From positions 94,614,001 to 94,678,000 of the forward strand of contig CM059432.1 of assembly GCA_030390025.1 (NCBI GenBank): a DNA stretch of 64,000 nt, read 5' to 3'. This document shows, one piece after another, positions 10,823 through 24,738 of the stretch. This stretch comes from Squalus acanthias (taxonomy: Eukaryota). The position numbers and the translations under genes were made by a program. The notes under the pieces were generated by a model. The model was not told the origin of the DNA. It saw nothing but the letters and a program-made list of their open reading frames with translations, and did no database searches. Numbering within the stretch: position 1 is the stretch's first letter; every line of letters begins with the position of its first letter.

Positions 10823-13392
10823 TAATGCCATTTTAGGACTCAACTGGGCGGAGCTTGTGCGATGCATGCTGCACGCAGTATCAGCTGATGGTTCAGCCAA
10901 AGAGGAGCCCAAAGTTAAGTACTTATTTATTTTTTGGGGATAGCATGAGCTGGGTACTCCTCCAGGCTGCTGTTGCATGGGTCTCACTCTCCAACACCAC
11001 CACAGCCCTCGCAAACAGAGCGCCCCCTCCAACCTATTGCGGTGGCCTGGAGCCGGCAGTGTGCGTTAGAACGCTCTTTTTCCACCCGCTGACCCTTTGT
11101 TAATGAGGCCCGGCCCTCAAAATGGACCGGGCTTCCTGTTAGCCGTCCGGAAACCACATGGAAGGAAAATCTGCCCCATTGTCTCACATGACGACTGGCC
11201 ACTTGGACACAGTAAAAGGGTGGCTCATGCTCATAGGACCAAAGCTCAACATGAATTAGTGTCTTCAGGAGAGGAGCCGGAAAACTGTATTCTATCCTCA
11301 CATGTTATTATAGTTCTAATATATTCTTTAACTGTTGACTCTATCACATTGAAATTCTGTTCATACTCTGTTTATTTGAAATAGTGTAAACAGATTCACC
11401 AGCAGTAGGAGTTTTTATATACAGCTTTCAATTTAACTGGTATTCTACATTGTTGTTGTTTGATTATAGCTATAAAAATTGTACTAATCCATCCTAGCAA
11501 ATTAGAATGAGCACTTTCTCTCTTTGATGGCTTCTAAAAGTCATTATATAATTCCTCACCGATCAGGTTTATTCATTCAGTGGACAAGATATATGGATAC
11601 AAATGTTACAATATAATCGCATCACATACCACATTCTGAAGATAGCCCGTCACATTCAAATCACAGGGAATAATGATCTTTTAGAGTTTCACTGTTTCTT
11701 CTAAATAAAATTGAGTTGTAACGGACAATTTATGAGAAGTTTATGGCATTTCAGCTCCAGCATTCTTGTGTGCATATAAAGTAATATCTGAGTGCTTTGT
11801 TACATCACAGATAAATCTTTTGAAAAGCGCTATCAACAAAGATAAGCACACACATCTACTCCAAATTGATGTGTTTTTGGGTAATCTCAATTCAGTTTCC
11901 AGTGCCAATCAGCACAAAATTGCAATCAAACGTTGCCACCAGCTAGCAATTATTAGGCACTCCTGTTCTGAAAGGCCACGAGAGGAGAATGCCTGAAATA
12001 GAAAAGCACATTGGTACAGGTGCTTCACTGAAAATGGAGATTAGAGTGGTGATTCCACAATCCAACACTACCAGCAGGGGAGTGCATCTAGGAAACTGTG
12101 AGCATACAAACCATAATTTTCACCCATTAAAATTAATATACGGAAAATCACAAACTATATGCATAAAATTTCCTAAGATGTACGTCCTGCAAGTTCCCCT
12201 TGAGCACCAAATCGCAGAATCACCCAGAAGCTCACAGCAGTTCTGCTTTTCATCCAGCTAATGCCATCTCTATCCTGGATGTATTTGGTGCTACAACCTT
12301 ACTCAAATTGGAAAATATGTTCCACTTAACAAATCATTCAATCCTTTGATGAGCACATGCCCAAGAATATGTTTATAGATTGCAAGCACAGCCACAGCAT
12401 GGGTTCATCACCTAAAAATAAGAAGGCCTTTAACTGTGCATCCTCTTAATGATAATTACACGGAAACAAAAGTACAATCAGCAAAATTAATCTGTTTAAT
12501 TTTCAGCTTGAAAATCACTATCATTATTATTCAGAATTCAGGGGCACCAAACTTTCTCTGAAACCCTTCTGATTAATCCGCTACAGGCTGCTCTATTATT
12601 AGTTGTTCCTTCATTTCTCCAACTCTAACTCTTCAATTTCTTCCTCCTTCATTCTATTATGTAGTACCCAAGGAGGTGCATTTCCACAGGGATTCTCCCT
12701 ATTGTCTGCTGTAACTTTGGTGGAAGAGTCACAGAAATCCCGGAAAGTTTTTTGGGGGTTTCTGTGGCTCTTCCACCAAAGTCATTGCTTTTCTGGATTT
12801 CCACAGCTCTTCAGCCGAAATTACGGCAGACGATCAGGAAAACCTCCGCAGCAATCCCCCCCCAACCCGCCGTCCACCTGTGTCTTTCCTTCTCCACCTC
12901 ATAATATTTTTTTCTGTAATTCTTGCACTGTTATCTGCTTCGGTATCCTTTTCTTGCTCATTCAGCACATTTTTTTATTCTCCAAGTCTAACCTGATTAA
13001 TGTTCTTTACTACTAATTTTGTTATTATTTCCTTCCAAATCTATTTGTTACTGAGCTTTCGAAATATGGTTTTGTGTTATGATTTATTGAGCAACTATGA
13101 TCATTTCACAGAAGAACTCTGTAATAACAATTATACAACTTAAATATAAATGCTTGCTTATATTCAGCATAAGAAACTCTGATCACTAAATACAGGTATG
13201 TTGAAAGTGTCATTTAGAATTGTGTTGCACTTTGCTGTATATTTCCTAGTTTTTCTGTTCTATCAATCGATTATAATTACCTGCCTACACACAGTACCCT
13301 ACTCGCTTTCCTTTCCTTTATAAAAAATGCAATCTTTTTCAGCAAACCCTGAGCCTCAGGTCCACACATTCCTATTTAGCCAGTGCAGATAA

Positions 13393-13768
13393 AAAAAAAG
13401 ATTTGCATTTATATAGCGTTTTTCACAATCTCAGGACGTTCCAAAGCACTTTACAACTAATTTACACAGCAGCCAATTTACGCAGAGCAAGGTCCCACAA
13501 ACAGCAATGAGATAATGACCAAATAATCAGTTAAGGGATAGATATTGGCCAGGACACCAGGGAGAACTCCCCTGCTCTTCTTTGAATAGTGCCATGCGAT
13601 CTTTTACACCCGAGAGGGTAGATGGGGCCTCGGTTTAATGTCTCATCTGAAAGACAGCGCCGCCGAAGTGTCAGCCGAGATTATGTGGTCAAGTCCCTGG
13701 AGTGGAACTTGAACCCACAACCTTCTGACTCAGAGGCAAGAATGCTACCACTGAGCCAAGGCTGGGGA
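13393..13768 (-). mobile_element. DeuSINE, near full length with internal deletion
   Basis: Tail, Deu core and tRNA-like head (reverse complement of ...CTTGAACCCACAACCTTCTGACTCAGAG...CTACCACTGAGCC). Confidence 0.75.
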
Positions 13769-14889
13769 CCTAAATGCCAGAAGCAGAGTACACAAGGTTA
13801 GAGCTCTTCTTTGCCTGAATATGGAGCAACATGAAGCTGGCAGTATAATTTGACGGTGCTGGTTCAAACTGTTTTAAATAAAGTGCTAATGTCAAACCAA
13901 TACCTGCAGTATAACAACAAAAATAGTTCACCCTCAGATGAAAAATCTGCACCCCATAATATACTTTGTCACAATACCATGGTTGTTCTTTTCTTAAAAA
14001 TAAAAAAATAGAACAGTGGACTGGATGAGACAGTAAGTTAGACAGTGGCTTCTTAACCTCAAATCTGGCCCAGACTGCTCGATAGACAGGTCCAAAATTC
14101 CATGGAGCCATTTGTCCTGATGTTGCTCTGCTGAGCTGAGACTTCCACCCACCAATTCTCTCCAGCACTGACCCACCATAAATCACATGGTTAGCTCATT
14201 TAAGTTACCATTAGTGTTGGCTGAGCACAACTCTCGTGCAACACAGGAATACTGCGCTGAGGGGGTTGGAAATCGACAATAGTAGCCTTTAAAAAGCCTG
14301 GAATAGCTGAAGACATGCAGCAGTTGGGGGAGCAGCAGGTAAATACTCAACAGTTTGAAAGACTGAGCAGACTATGAGGTAGTTATAATAGATCACGCAT
14401 ATGAGATTTTGTGGCACTTTTTAAAAATGTCTTCAAGTAGAGGAACAGACAGGAGGCACTAAAAGAAGGGAACAGGACACTGAAGGAGGTCGAGAAGAGC
14501 CCACAATTGCAAAGGAGCTAATCTACATACATTCCTGGATGCAATGCAGCAAAACAGAGAAAGATTGCTGGATGCCTGTAAGAGGAAACTTCAGAAAAAT
14601 ATATTGGGTGCCACAAGGAGGGAGTGGCAGCACCTCTCTCACCCAGAACTGCAGACCAGGGCCAGAAAATTGACCTGACAAAGGCAGGCAAGGTAAACAC
14701 CGCCCACGCTCCCTTTTCTTCCTTGGGCACCACTGACATTATCTTACTGTTCACTTTTGAAAATAATAGCTGCACACGTAACCTTTCACACTGCATTGTA
14801 GTTAATTCTGTATCTTACAATATGTATTTACACCTCCCCTAACTGGAATTAGTTGCATGCAGAAGCTTTAAGTCTTTGCTTTCTCATTC

Positions 14890-15285
14890 CCATCCTATCC
14901 AATCTTTCCTCATAGCTAAAATTCTCCAGTACTGCCAACATCCTCGTAAATCTCCTCTGTACCCTCTCTAGTGTAATCACATCTTTCCTGTAATGTGGTG
15001 ACCAGAACTGTACGCAGTACTCTAGCTCTGGCCTAACTAGTGTTTTATACAGTTCAAGAATAACCTCCCTGCTCTTATATTCTATGCCTCGGTTAATAAA
15101 GGAAAGTATCCCGTAAGCCTTCTTAACCACCTTATCTACTTGTCCTGCTACCTTCAGGGATCTGTGGGCATGCACTCCAAGGTCCCTCTGTTCCTCTACA
15201 CTTAGTATCCTTCCATTTAATATGTATTCCCTTGCCTTGTTAGTCCTCCTCAAATGCATGGTCTCACACTTCTACGGATTTAATT
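14890..15285 (-). mobile_element. CR1 LINE RT fragment
   Basis: ORF 14849-15259: RDLGVH, KAYGILSFINRGIEYKS, LVRPELEYCVQFWSP. Confidence 0.9.
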
Positions 15286-15602
15286 CCTTTTTTTAATTTC
15301 ATTCTAAATTACCCATGGTGTATTTTGGCACTATTCATGGGCATTAGCCACTCCGACACCAGTCATCCACATGTACATTTATTACAATAGGCTCCAGGCA
15401 GCATTGAATGTGCATTGTGGGAAGCTCCAGACCCGATTGGAAACGGCAGTGCAGTCATTACGGGGTGGAAACGGGATTGAATTTCTAGACCTCAAAAAAT
15501 TAAATTGCCATTCAAGCGCTAACAATGCACTGGAAATGGCATTTAAATTTGAGGCCATCAAAAGCTTTCCTACATTGCTCACAGTATTTAATGTTTCCTT
15601 AC

Positions 15603-15723
15603 CTTGAACACTGTAGGAATTCCTCTTTACATCTGGAGTCTCAGCAGCAATCTGTGCACTGGGTTCTCCATCCTGTTCATCAGTAGTGATAATCTCTAGG
15701 GCCCCAAACTCATTCATTTGAAA
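15603..15723 (-). CDS. L3MBTL4: L3MBTL-family gene, coding exon 2 (FQMNEFGALEIITTDEQ...YSVQ)
   Basis: Acceptor ttttcttattag|TTT, donor CAAG|GTAAGG; 121 nt, phase 0 to 1. Continues SDLK|FQMNEFGALEII, as in L3MBTL3 SDLK|FRVNEFGALEVI. Confidence 0.85.
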
Positions 15724-17221
15724 CTAATAAGAAAATTAAAGATTTATTACTACTTCAGTGTAAGAAAACATCATTTGGCAGCCCTGCAAACAAGAACAGT
15801 TAATGAAACAAAATGGTTCTCTATATGGGAAAGTGTTGGCACTTAATTTACTGTTTGAACAGTGAATGGACAACATTTGATTCCACAGCTAACAAGAAAA
15901 AAACTGTTTTTAAAGCAATACATGTACATGATGACTCGTGGCTGCAGTAGGAATTCATTCACAATGAAGGTTAAACTCAATTCTGCCTTTACCTAACACT
16001 GGATTGTTCAAGAAATGTTCATTTTAAGTAAAGATGCATTTTAACCATCAAAAATCTGGAATATAAATACATTTCTAATTATACTCTGAACATATTATTT
16101 TGATTTCAATTGGGATAACAAAATTATATTTTGTGCTCCTATTATGTAAGCTATGATCTTGTGTATTGTAATTCCTATCACATCCCCATACTATTGATGG
16201 ACTGACAAGACAGGTAGTGATTTGTTCCAAATCTCTGTCAATAAATTCTGTATGTAAATTGCCTCAACTTACAATTTTCCCTCTCCTCTCTCCTGGCATC
16301 TATTTCATCACCTTTTGGTGCCAATCCATAATGAGATTAGAAACTCAAAACATGAGGGGACAACCTGGCTGAGAATTTCTGCCTTGGTAGAAACATGGTA
16401 AAGATTCAGCATGGTGGGGGGGGGGGGGGGGAGGGGGGCTTTACACCCGTCCAACTTTCCACCACCAACCCCAGCAAACTTTTGGGATCAGCCTCATTTT
16501 CTGTAATTCTGGAAGATTCGCGGCAGGGTTCCACCCGGGGAGGGGGTTGTGGTGGCAGCTGCCGGCTTTTAGTGCCTGGAATACAGGGCAGTGCCACTTG
16601 CATCTGGACCAACTGAAGAGAATCTCAACATTTTTAAAAATTTCACAGGATGTACAAGTGCAATCAACCAACCCAAGATAGATTGAACTCTTTCAGAGGG
16701 TCTTTTGAAATTTAAATCCTCTCCCTCACACATCGCGACATTGAATGTCAGGAACATACTGACACTTCTTAAATTCAGCGTTGCTACAACATTAATGACA
16801 GAAAGTGTGACATAACATATTCAATGGCCGTCATCACTTCTTGCGGAAAATCTTGTAAGTGATGGCAGGTGGTGGGGAGGGGGCAGAATGGATCCCCATC
16901 CAGAACTGATTCACCCTAAACTGGGCAGAAGCATAGTGGCAAGTCTTATCTCACATATGCGTGGCATTGTATGTAAAGGTCATCTTACAAATGAACAGAA
17001 ACATTAATATTTTATTTTCACTGAATGTTTTGTTACATATCCAAAAGGAACACTTTCTACAAAATAAATCCTGTTTCTTAGAAAAACAACAGCCTGAAAA
17101 ATAAAAAAAAGTGCAAGTAATAGTTATAAATTAAAGAAGTCAATCTTGCATAACGTTGCATACAATGAGTTAAGACAAGTACAGTCCTCGGGTGAAGCAA
17201 GGTTAGGCGGCAGGAGATAAT

Positions 17222-17655
17222 TAGAACGAATTGCATTTATATAGCACTTCACAGCCAATGAAGTATTTTTGAAGTGTAGTAACTGTTCTAATGTAGGTAC
17301 CGCGGCAGCCAATTTGCGCACAGCAAGGTCCCACAAACAGCAATGTGATAATGACCAGGTAATCTGTTTTAAGGTGTTTGTTGAGGGATAAATATTGACT
17401 AGGACACCTGGGGCGGGGGGAACTCCCCTGCCCTTCTTCGAAATAGTGCCATGGGATCTTTTACGTCCACTTGAGGGGTTAGACAGGGCGTCGGTTTAAC
17501 ATCTCATCCAAAAATCAGTGCCTCTGACAGTGCAGCACTCCCTCAGTACTGGATTGTCAGCCTAGATTTTGTGCTCAAGTCCCTGGAGTGGGACTTGAAC
17601 CAACAACTTTCTGATTAAGAGATGAGAGTGCTACCACTGAGCCACGGTTGGCACC
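17222..17655 (-). mobile_element. DeuSINE, near full length
   Basis: Same tail, core and tRNA-like head as 13393-13768. Confidence 0.8.
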
Positions 17656-18639
17656 TCTGGACCAGAGCATGCAGTGGTGACATCGCAGTGCCTGCACTGG
17701 GGGAAGGAAGTAATTACAGCATGACATGTTTACAAAAGGTTAAGAGAAGGTGTGCGCAGATGTAAAGTTTTTAAATATATTATTAGTCAATCTCCCGTGG
17801 TGTTTCAAACAGTAAGTCAGAGAATATTGTCACTCTTCCAATTGTCTCTGCTGTCATCGTGGTGCTGCTTCTGTTCTTTTTTTTCCCTTTTGGGTGGGAG
17901 TTATTGGGTGGTATGGCGAGTAAAGAAGTGACATCAGGCTGTGGGTTGGATTAGGTGTGGGGGTTGCATAGAAAATGTGGTCCACAGCTGCTCCTTTCCC
18001 ATCCCGTGTCCTCTATCGCTTTACCTTCCTGCTACCCATTCCATTTCCTGCCACCCTCTCACTCCTATTACTACCCCACCTCTTTCACTTTCAACAACCC
18101 ACGCAAACTCTGTTTCCTCCCCTCCCCCTTGCTCTGTTGTCACTCACCACACGGTTAACCCTCCATCCATTCCCCCCGCACTGCGCTCACTCCTTCCAGT
18201 TTGGGAAAAGCCAAGTGCAATTAATGAGAAGCCAGAGGTTCCATCACCCTCAACCCATTTCCTCCCTCTGCTATCTTCATTTCTGATCTGCTTACCTTTG
18301 TTTGCTTTAAAATTCAATTTGTTTATTTTCCCCAAAAGTCTAATTATAATAAGGAAATAAACTAAGGGATTAAGCTGAAAAACAGGCATGGGGAGCGTGA
18401 AGCACCATCTGACCGCGCCCATTCAAAGTGGGCAGGTAGCATACAAAATTTGTGCTGCCTGCTCATTTACATGATTGGAGCGCTGAGCTCAGCGCTAAAC
18501 ACGCTACTGGTTGGCTTAGCACTCAAGAGAGGGACCAATATCGGGTGCAGTCTACGGGCCAATAAAATATTGCCTAGGCTCTCTGCACTGCTTAAAGGGG
18601 AGGTGCTTTGTTACAGAAGCTCCTCATTGTCACTCTGAA

Positions 18640-19300
18640 GCCAAGGCTCAACAGGGAAGAGAAAGGGCAAGGAGGTTCTCAGATGCAGCACTGGAGGCCT
18701 TGGTCCTGGGGCTGCACAGAAAACGACAGGTCCTCTACCCGCAGTGGGACAGGAGGCCTTCCAGGCAGCATGCCAAAAGGCAGTGGGAGGAGATAGCAGA
18801 AGCCGTCAGTGCGATGTGTGTTGCCCCCAGGACCTGGATCCAAAGCCGCAAGAAGTTTAATGACCTCACACGAGTGGTCAAGGTGAGTGAATTCATCTTC
18901 AAATGCCGTATCCCACCAACTGCACTACTAGCCTCACACACCGCTCAATGCACCACACCCCATCACTCACCTACCAACAATCTCTGGCAATCACGACTCA
19001 TACCTCACAATCATAGCTTCATCTCACCCTCACACACTTACCACTGTTGCAAGATTCCCACCCACATCTCACTCCTTGCACACACTGCCAGCTACTCAAC
19101 CATGATAGGCACATCACCCAAACACATTGCAGCACACTCACTGATAGACTTCCCTTTCTCTTGCAGGCCAAAGTGGCAGATGGGTGGAGGGGAAGCCCGT
19201 CTTCAGAACCTCACTGAGCTGGAGGAGACAGTGCTGGAGATCATTAGAGGAGCCACACTGAGGCCATGGTGAGTGGCGAGGTTGAAAGCATTGCTGATGA
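18640..19300 (+). pseudogene. Harbinger Myb/SANT-like DNA-binding protein gene, intron-containing and disrupted
   Basis: RFSDAALEALV...KRQWEEIAEAVSA...RTWIQSRKKFNDLTRVVK|gtgagt (18883), acceptor ttgcag at 19166, then a GGGEARLQNLTELEE remnant. Confidence 0.7.
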
Positions 19301-19999
19301 GGGTATGCTCATAACTAATCTTTCTTCTCACATCCCACTTCCCCCTCATCCCACAAACTCTTCTCACTTACGAGCTGCTGATGGTGTAAGCATGCACATT
19401 TTACTGATGCCATCGTGGCTGGGTTTACAAGTGTGGAAAGGGGCTTGCAGGGTCTCACAGCAATTCAGCAATCTGTGCTCCAACAGATGGCTAGGAATGC
19501 TGAGGCGTCGCCCTGGGGGAGTGGTAGTGGCTCCGTGGAGCAAGAACCTGCTGTCCTACTCCTACCCTTGCCACTCCGCCAGGGCCCTTGCTGCTGCCAG
19601 TCAGCCAACCAGCCCAGACAGCTCCATCTGTGCCAAGGTGGTGCAGTCTACAGCCGGGCCTTCTAGGCCCAGAGCTGCTCGAGGTTGTCCTGCAAGGCCA
19701 TCTGCAGTCTCCCCATGTAAAGGCAGCAGCCTTCCACCAGCCATGCTGCAGCCACTGGGGTAGCACTGCGTAAGAGCACTAGAGTAGGCAAAGGAACACA
19801 AAAGACAGACACTAAGGGAATGCACACGGGTTGGTTGACGTTTTTGTGTAGTTTTGCATTGATTCATTTATAAATTATGTTTGGAATGTTTGTTTTGTGG
19901 TGGCTCTCATTTCAGCTTTGTGCCCAAGAGCTATGATGTTCCGTGACAGAGGGATGGGAAGGTGGGAAAGTGGTGAGCAACAGGGAGCTAGGGTTTCAT

Positions 20000-21097
20000 T
20001 CAGGGGAACCGGATTCTGATGAGGCACTCATGGACAACCCGTCCGGAACGGGAATCTGCTGCCTGCCTCCTCCCTTCCTTCTCCTCCTCCTCCTCCTGAG
20101 GTGGTTGCAGAACACGTGGTGGCAAGGGCTGCATCCTCATGATGGCCAAGTTGTGGAGGATACAGCAGACCACCACAAAATGGGACACCACTCCAGCGTG
20201 GAGGGCTCCTCCCAAGCGGTCACAGCAGCGGAACTGTTGCTTTAGCACCCCGATGGTCTGCTCAATGACGTTCCTCATGGTAGCATGGTTCTCATTATAT
20301 GAGTGCTGGCCAAGAATGGTGGGGGTGCAGAGGGGAGTCAGCCGCCAGGTGTAGAGCAGATAGCCCTCGTCACCAAGCAGCTACACTCTAGTTCAACATG
20401 GAGGCTGGAAGATTGCTGGCACACTGGACTGGCGCAGGATGAAGGCATCATGACTGCTGCCAGGATACCGGGCAGTCACCATTATGATGTGCTGGGCGTG
20501 GTCGCACACCAACTGTACATTAAGTGAGTGGTAGCCTTTGAAGTTGCAGTACATCTCAGGATTGATATGCGGTGCCCGCAAAGTCACGTGTGTGCAGTCG
20601 ATTGCGCCCTGCACTATGGGGAAGCCCAATATCCTGGCAAAGCCACTTGCATGCCCCTCTCTATACAGAGAGAAGACAAGGAAGTCCCATCTCCTTGAGT
20701 ACACAGCCTCTGTGACCTCTTGGATGCAGCGATGGATGGCGAACTGGGAGATGTTAGCTTTGTATCCTGCGCCAGACTGGAAGGATCCGGTGGTGAAAAA
20801 ATTGAGGGCCACGGTGACCTTGAGGGCCACTGGGAGAGCCGTGGTCGCCTTCCTCCAAGGCTACAGGTCTGGTTCCAGGAGGTGGCAGAGTTCTGTGACC
20901 ACCTCCTTGGTGAAGCAGAACCTCCGAATACAGGTAGGAGAAGTGCTTTCGGAAGACCCTAGGTGGGTAAGGCCTCCTGCTGAGAGCCCTCCTGCCCATC
21001 CTCCTCCTCCCTCTGTGAGCAGCTTGTCTCTTTGCTGTCTCTGCTCCATCTCTCTGCCATACTCCAGCACGAGGGGGACTGCAAGTAGAGCCCCCAT
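20000..21097 (-). pseudogene. Harbinger (HARBI1-like) DDE transposase with frameshifts and stops
   Basis: LKVTVALNFFTTGSFQ, GAIDCTHV, KGYHSLNVQLVCD, ARYPGSSHDAFIL, VIEQTIGVLKQQFRC and CCILHNLA spread over several frames. Confidence 0.9.
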
Positions 21098-22952
21098 GAC
21101 TGAGAGAAAGTGGTGTGAGCAGAAACCTTTAAATGAGAAGCAAGGCGTTTTGCACTTGCAGCAACACTCCCTGTCACCTCACCAACTTTAAATAACTGTA
21201 GAAAGCTCCAAACAGTTGCACAAACTTACATAGAGCCAGTAGAAATCAAAAAGCAAGTCACCTGCAAGTTGTTGCTGAACCCTTTAAATAGCGCCGGTGG
21301 TGGGGGAGTCCCTTGTGCAGCTGATTGCACGTTCAGCTGTTTGTGTTTTGGAGAGGGCGTAGAATGGAGTGGCAACGTCGAAAATGGCAGGTTGTGCGTC
21401 AAATCAGCGTTGTACACTGATTGACGTCACAATCTGCCTCATTACTATTTTTCTAATGAGCGCAGGCAACAGCAAAGCTGCCGACCTGCCCAAAATGGCA
21501 GCTGCTGCGGGACACACCGGAAGTGGGCGGAAGCGAGGCAACCACCATTTTTTTGCCAAAACCAGCCTTAACAGCAGGCGCTAAGATGCCAAATTTCACA
21601 GCCCCCTGAAGGAAATTTTTTTTTTTTAACTGCTTTAAAAGTATCTCTCTTACAAAAAGGACCACAGGAAGCAGCTTATGGTTGTTCCTGGAGCTTCGGC
21701 TGGACTTTATAGCTTCTTTGGCAGGCAGGCATCCTAGACGTACCCCGGTTGGTTCGGTACTTGTCACTGCAGGCAAATGAGGGATCCTTCCCTGGCCCCT
21801 GAAAGTCAACAGGTTGGATGCGCCCCATCATGGAATTTCAAGGCCCTTTCTGTCACCCTGGACTCTCTCTGTCATCCCCATTCTCTCTAACCCAGTCTTT
21901 CTCTCTCTTCCTCAGCTTAACACATTTTCTAAAGTTTATAGAACACAAATCAAAAGCTATAACACATGTGCAATCAGAACACTGCCATTTTTCCCTCTCA
22001 CACACATACACTGCCTCTTTTTAAAATACTCAATAAAACTTCAAATTTGTCCTCTTGTTTTTCAAAATTATTTAAAGAAAAACTAGAGTGGAAAATGCCA
22101 GTAACTAAAGAAAAATACTCCAATTAGCACAGCTGACTGAACGGTACGGCTGAATCCTGGAATATTAAGCACAATGCATATGCTCAGACTTCAAAATTTA
22201 CATTCAGCTCAAATAGGCACAACTCCGTGCAAAAATATCAAGTTCAAGCCCAGGCTTCTGGGAGATCCTGTGGCCTTCAAGTAAAAATGTTAATGAGGCA
22301 TTAAAAGACACAAAAGTCAATTCAATGGATAAATGTAATTATGTTACTACGAAATAAGTTTCTTTATTTTATTTAAACCCTTATTTTGAACATTAGAAAT
22401 GACAGTTATTGGAAAAAAAAGGCAGATGAAAATTTTTCAGAAAGCATTTGAGCAACATGTGAGGACCCAGTGGCCAGATTGTGCAATCGGAGTAATGAAC
22501 TTACATAAGCAAAACCCATGATAAATTTTCACATAAATATATATAATGGGTAAAAGGTGACGTCAAGCTGTGAAGAAAGTCTTGATGAATTATATTATAG
22601 ATGAATTAGTCATAAGAACATATGAAAGTATACAATGAAATAAAGCCATCTAACCAATCAAGACCATTCCTACAAAACATTTACACTATCATTTGAGTCT
22701 CCACAACTTACTGAAGTAGTGAAATTCCTCGACACTTAGAGCTAACATACAGAAGTGTTCTTTAACGTGCAGTAATTTTATGGTGAATTCTTCAATCCTG
22801 CATTCGTAAGTGGAGCTAAGAAAGAGGGGGCAGGCAGGGACAGAGCTACAACACTGTACCACTGAATCGCCAAGGCGCACTCCGTTTAAAATCAGCTTCC
22901 CGCTGCAAGTAGGATAAACGGCACAGAAACAGGCCATTCGGCCCAACCAGTC

Positions 22953-24738
22953 TGTGGTAACACAATACAGCTTCCTGTGACTCGAACTTTATTGCATCAC
23001 TTCCTGTGATTAGTCCAGGATAAATACTGGACTGATCAGTTGGATCCTGGAGAGGCATAGAGTAAGACCTCTTTTGTATGTAGCACCTTTTTAGTTGATT
23101 AAAGCTTACTTTAAGTTCACCACGCGTAAGGCTCATTCTTACGACAATAATTGGCCTCTTTTGGTTACACCATCCACTATCGACCTGGCAAGGAGAATGT
23201 GGCTCCGGATACCCTCACACGAGCATTCTGCTCCGCCATGGCACCCTCTACGCTCGTAGACATCCATGATGGGTTGTGTCATCCGGGCGTTACTCGCATG
23301 CTACACTTCGTGCGGTCCCGAAATCTCCCATTCTCTACCGGGGATGTAAAGAAGATGTGCTCGGACTGCAGAGTCTGTGCGGAATTGAAACCTCGGTTTT
23401 TCCGCCCCTCGGGTGGTATACTCATACATGCGACCCAGCCAATGCAACGGCTTAGCATCGATTTTAAGGGGCCGTTGCCCTCTTCAACTCGCAACACTTA
23501 TCTATTGACCATGGTCGATGAGTATTCCCGTTTTCCGTTTGCCTTTCCCTGCCCCAATATGCTGACGACCACGGTTATCAGCTGCCTTGAGCAGGTATTT
23601 GCTTTCTGTGGCATGGCATCCTATGTTCATTCGGATCGGGGCCCTTCTTTTATGTCAGGAGAACTCAAGGCCTATCTCTCGGAATGGGGTATTGCTGCCA
23701 GCAAAACAACGCCTTATCATCCGGTCGGGAATGGGCAAGTCGAGCGTTTTAACGCTATCATCTGGAATGCGGTACGTCTGGCTTTGAGATCTCGGGGCCT
23801 ACCCAACCAGCAATGGGAAGCAGTACTTCCAGACGCATTACACTCCACACGGTCCCTCCTTTCGACCGCCACAAATACGACGCCTCATGAACGGTTCTTC
23901 CGATTTCAGCGTCGCTCATCCTATGGGATATCTCTCCCGTCGTGGCTGACTGCACCGGGACCAGTGCTACTCCGAAGATATGTCCGGGCGTCTAAGAATG
24001 ACCCCCTGGTAGATGAGGTTGAGTTCACTGACGTCAACCCTACCTACGCCTATATTCGGTATCCTGACGGTCGGGAATCTACCGTGTCATTGCGGGATCT
24101 GGCTCCCTGCCCGCCGAAACATAGAGGGACACCAGGGGATGATATTGTACCAGGCACATCTCTGGGCTCGCCAGGTGCCTCTCATCACGATCTGGATCTG
24201 ACGCCGGCTGGTACCTCACTCCAGCGTGCCGACCTGGGGCAGACTGACTATGAGCCCGTCGGGGCTCGCACGCGCAGCCACGATCCACCCCGTACCGTAC
24301 GCTCGGAAACGGATCTGCCACAGCCCTGCCCGACACCCGTTCGGGCACCAGTACACAGTCAGGATCGTCCTGACCCCTCACAGAGCGGGCTGGATCACTC
24401 GGACTCTGGTCCACGGCCCGCGGCGGGTAAACGGGCTAGGGGCCCTCTACCGCTACGAGAACCCAAACGGGTGCGGCTCTCCCTCGTCCAGCGGCTACGA
24501 AATGGAGGGAGCATCCCGGCCTCCTAATCTTTTGGGGGGGAGAATGTAGTAACACAATACAGCTTCCTGTGACTCGAACTTTATTGCATCACTTCCTGTG
24601 ATTAGTCCAGGATAAATACTGGACTGATCAGTTGGATCCTGGAGAGGCATAGAGTAAGACCTCTTTTGTATGTAGCACCTTTTTAGTTGATTAAAGCTTA
24701 CTTTAAGTTCACCACGCGTAAGGCTCATTCTTACGACA
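22953..24738 (+). mobile_element. Ty3/Gypsy LTR element, internally deleted (integrase only)
   Basis: 194-bp LTRs at 22953-23146 and 24545-24738 (TG...CA, one visible mismatch); 5-bp TSD CAGTC; PPT GGGGGGGAGAA; inserted in a CR1 3' end. Confidence 0.92.
23151..24527 (+). CDS. Gypsy integrase ORF (RNase H tail, HHCC zinc finger, DDE core), uninterrupted
   Basis: YRPGKENVAPDTLTR; H-x4-H...C-x2-C; SIDFKGP, HSDRG and GQVER catalytic motifs. First in-frame ATG at 23238. Confidence 0.8.
   Translation: MASFGYTIHYRPGKENVAPDTLTRAFCSAMAPSTLVDIHDGLCHPGVTRMLHFVRSRNLPFSTGDVKKMCSDCRVCAELKPRFFRPSGGILIHATQPMQRLSIDFKGPLPSSTRNTYLLTMVDEYSRFPFAFPCPNMLTTTVISCLEQVFAFCGMASYVHSDRGPSFMSGELKAYLSEWGIAASKTTPYHPVGNGQVERFNAIIWNAVRLALRSRGLPNQQWEAVLPDALHSTRSLLSTATNTTPHERFFRFQRRSSYGISLPSWLTAPGPVLLRRYVRASKNDPLVDEVEFTDVNPTYAYIRYPDGRESTVSLRDLAPCPPKHRGTPGDDIVPGTSLGSPGASHHDLDLTPAGTSLQRADLGQTDYEPVGARTRSHDPPRTVRSETDLPQPCPTPVRAPVHSQDRPDPSQSGLDHSDSGPRPAAGKRARGPLPLREPKRVRLSLVQRLRNGGSIPAS

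Larger units (their letters stand above)
18370..21606. mobile_element. PIF/Harbinger DNA transposon, decayed, with two convergent genes
   Basis: Myb/SANT gene on +, DDE transposase on -. The right end AAATTTCACAGCCCC looks like a Harbinger TIR; no left TIR found, so the left boundary is approximate. Confidence 0.8.

Noticed and set aside
7195..12870. Related short sequences at ~7195-7280 and ~12720-12870
   Set aside because: Probably an old MITE family, but ends and TSDs could not be defined.
17560..17655. tRNA-like sequences here and at ~13700, ~29760 and ~40340
   Set aside because: SINE heads attached to SINE bodies; no complete cloverleaf.
20000..21097. Domesticated HARBI1 host gene
   Set aside because: Stops and frameshifts, paired with a Myb gene and a TIR-like end: a transposon relic.
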